Below are positions 34,725-35,473 of a stretch of DNA of 35,473 bases, piece after piece; position 1 is the first letter of the stretch, and the number at the start of each line of letters is the position of its first letter. The stretch covers positions 1 to 35,473 of the forward strand of contig CAYYOP010000001.1 of the NCBI GenBank assembly GCA_964473435.1, read 5' to 3'. Source of the stretch: an uncultured Muribaculaceae bacterium (GTDB taxonomy: Bacteria; Bacillota_I; Bacilli_A; RF39; UBA660). Under the pieces are notes generated by a model, which was not told the DNA's origin, made no database searches, and was given only the letters and a program-made list of their open reading frames with translations. Position numbers and translations under genes: made by a program.

Positions 34725-35222
34725 CTAAATATCATCTTGATGATAATTTGTTAAAATTTTTCCTGCTTGTTCAAAATCATCAGATTTTAAATATTTATAA
34801 AAATTGTTTGCTTTTCTCTTCGTTCTTAAAGTTGTTAAATTAATAATTGGTGCCTGATGATAGTGAACTCGGTTAAAATAAATTAAACCTATAATCAATA
34901 AAACATTGAAAACAAGAAGAAATAAGATCGCAAATCGTTTGTTGTTTTTTGTTACATCGGAAACAATATTAACTACATTTTTTTCAAACTCTTCTTTATA
35001 CTTTTTATTATCAATCTTTTCTCCGCTTAATAAATCGTTTAAACTTACGTCTAATTCTTTACTCAAGGGTATTAATAAAGATAAATCTGGCATACACTTA
35101 CCATTTTCCCATCTAGAAATACTTTTATTATTTATTTTTAATTTAGTTGCCAATTCTTCTTGAGTTAATTTTTTCGCTTTTCGCTGTTTGGCAATAAACT
35201 TGCCGATTTTTTCTTGATCCAT
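34725..35222 (-). CDS. XRE-family HTH transcriptional regulator with a C-terminal TM segment
   Basis: IGKFIAKQRKAKKLTQEELATKLKINNKSISRWENGKCMPDLSLLIPLSKELDVSLNDLL is a classic HTH_3 domain. TM segment: FAILFLLVFNVLLIIGLIYF. ATG 35222 follows a TAGGTGAT SD. Confidence 0.85.
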   Translation of the reverse strand: MDQEKIGKFIAKQRKAKKLTQEELATKLKINNKSISRWENGKCMPDLSLLIPLSKELDVSLNDLLSGEKIDNKKYKEEFEKNVVNIVSDVTKNNKRFAILFLLVFNVLLIIGLIYFNRVHYHQAPIINLTTLRTKRKANNFYKYLKSDDFEQAGKILTNYHQDDI

Positions 35223-35305
35223 ATATATCACCTATCACTATTTTAGCAATATTATTTTAAAATTACAGGACATGAAGTAAGAATTATTAAAATCTAATGT
35301 AATAA

Positions 35306-35333
35306 ACAAAAAAATGACGGCTTTAAAGCCGCC
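35306..35333 (-). terminator. GC-rich rho-independent terminator / attenuator hairpin
   Basis: Minus-strand RNA GGCGGCU-UUAA-AGCCGUC (7 bp stem, one G-U pair) followed by AUUUUUUU. It is the most GC-rich stretch I noticed in this very AT-rich window. Confidence 0.6.
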
Positions 35334-35473
35334 TTCAGGGGGGCGACCAAACAAATGTTCGTACGGTATAATTCGTGTTAAATTGTCCTTAATATCGTTA
35401 CTTTTATATGACCTTTACTGCTATTTAATGGTATTTTTTAGTGAGTTGCTGCCTAAATGTTACCTAGAATAAA

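Noticed and set aside
910-35222. Stop-codon reassignment or a Mollicutes-type genetic code as the explanation for the in-frame TAG/TAA codons
   Set aside because: Conserved genes terminate normally at TAG (rplM, the CwlJ-like gene), TAA (gltX, addB) and TGA (10138-11367). Trp is encoded by TGG in conserved motifs, such as WTNEQ in AddA.
35314-35472. 52-codon plus-strand ORF (MTALKPPSGGRPNKCSYGII...) in the terminal non-coding region
   Set aside because: It has no SD. Its start lies inside the terminator hairpin. The composition is odd, and the ORF is most simply explained by the locally GC-rich sequence.
1-35473. Mobile elements, prophage, defence systems, tRNA/rRNA genes
   Set aside because: I recognised no transposase, integrase, recombinase, terminal inverted repeats, cas genes, restriction-modification motifs or tRNA-like GC-rich cloverleaf segments on either strand.

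Overview
This is a very AT-rich chromosomal window from a low-GC, apparently endospore-forming Firmicute (Clostridia/Erysipelotrichia-like by gene content). It uses the standard bacterial code: Trp is TGG, and TAA, TAG and TGA all terminate conserved genes. I recognised no rRNA, tRNA, CRISPR array, transposase or integrase.

Gene order, left to right:
- rplM-rpsI, with a consensus sigma-A promoter.
- A serine-hydrolase/gltX operon that ends in a nonsense-interrupted gene.
- An hsp20 gene whose promoter is embedded in a near-perfect CIRCE (HrcA) operator.
- A three-gene operon of unknown function. It encodes coiled-coil and helical-repeat proteins, and the first gene has no canonical start codon.
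- Genes for an ASCH protein, a secreted thermonuclease and a repeat-bearing membrane protein.
- A divergent pair of degenerate second-messenger-type proteins: a SpoT-like HD protein and an HGDEF plus dead-EAL protein. They are separated by a 4 x 30 bp tandem repeat in which each unit carries an extended -10 box.
- A trypsin-fold protein with Tyr at the positions I align to the catalytic His and Ser, translationally coupled to a VanY-type DD-carboxypeptidase.
- A compact addB-addA pair followed by a third minimal UvrD-like helicase.
- A large PG_binding x4 / amidase_3 / LysM x6 autolysin.
- A spore-cortex block: a SleC-like enzyme convergent with a five-gene operon (DUF2935, LysM x4, CwlJ/SleB-type hydrolase, DUF2935, DUF2935).
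- Fragmented DUF11-type small ORFs.
- A FAD/Rieske oxidoreductase.
- A membrane XRE regulator interrupted by an in-frame TAG.

The best candidates for undescribed biology are:
- the DUF2935/LysM/CwlJ-like operon;
- the orphan operon at 5269-8884;
- the degenerate-signalling locus with the tandem promoter repeat;
- a recurring pattern of genes disabled or altered by single-nucleotide changes (in-frame stops, and ATA or AAG at the start-codon position).

All domain calls come from reading the translations by eye. No database search was run.
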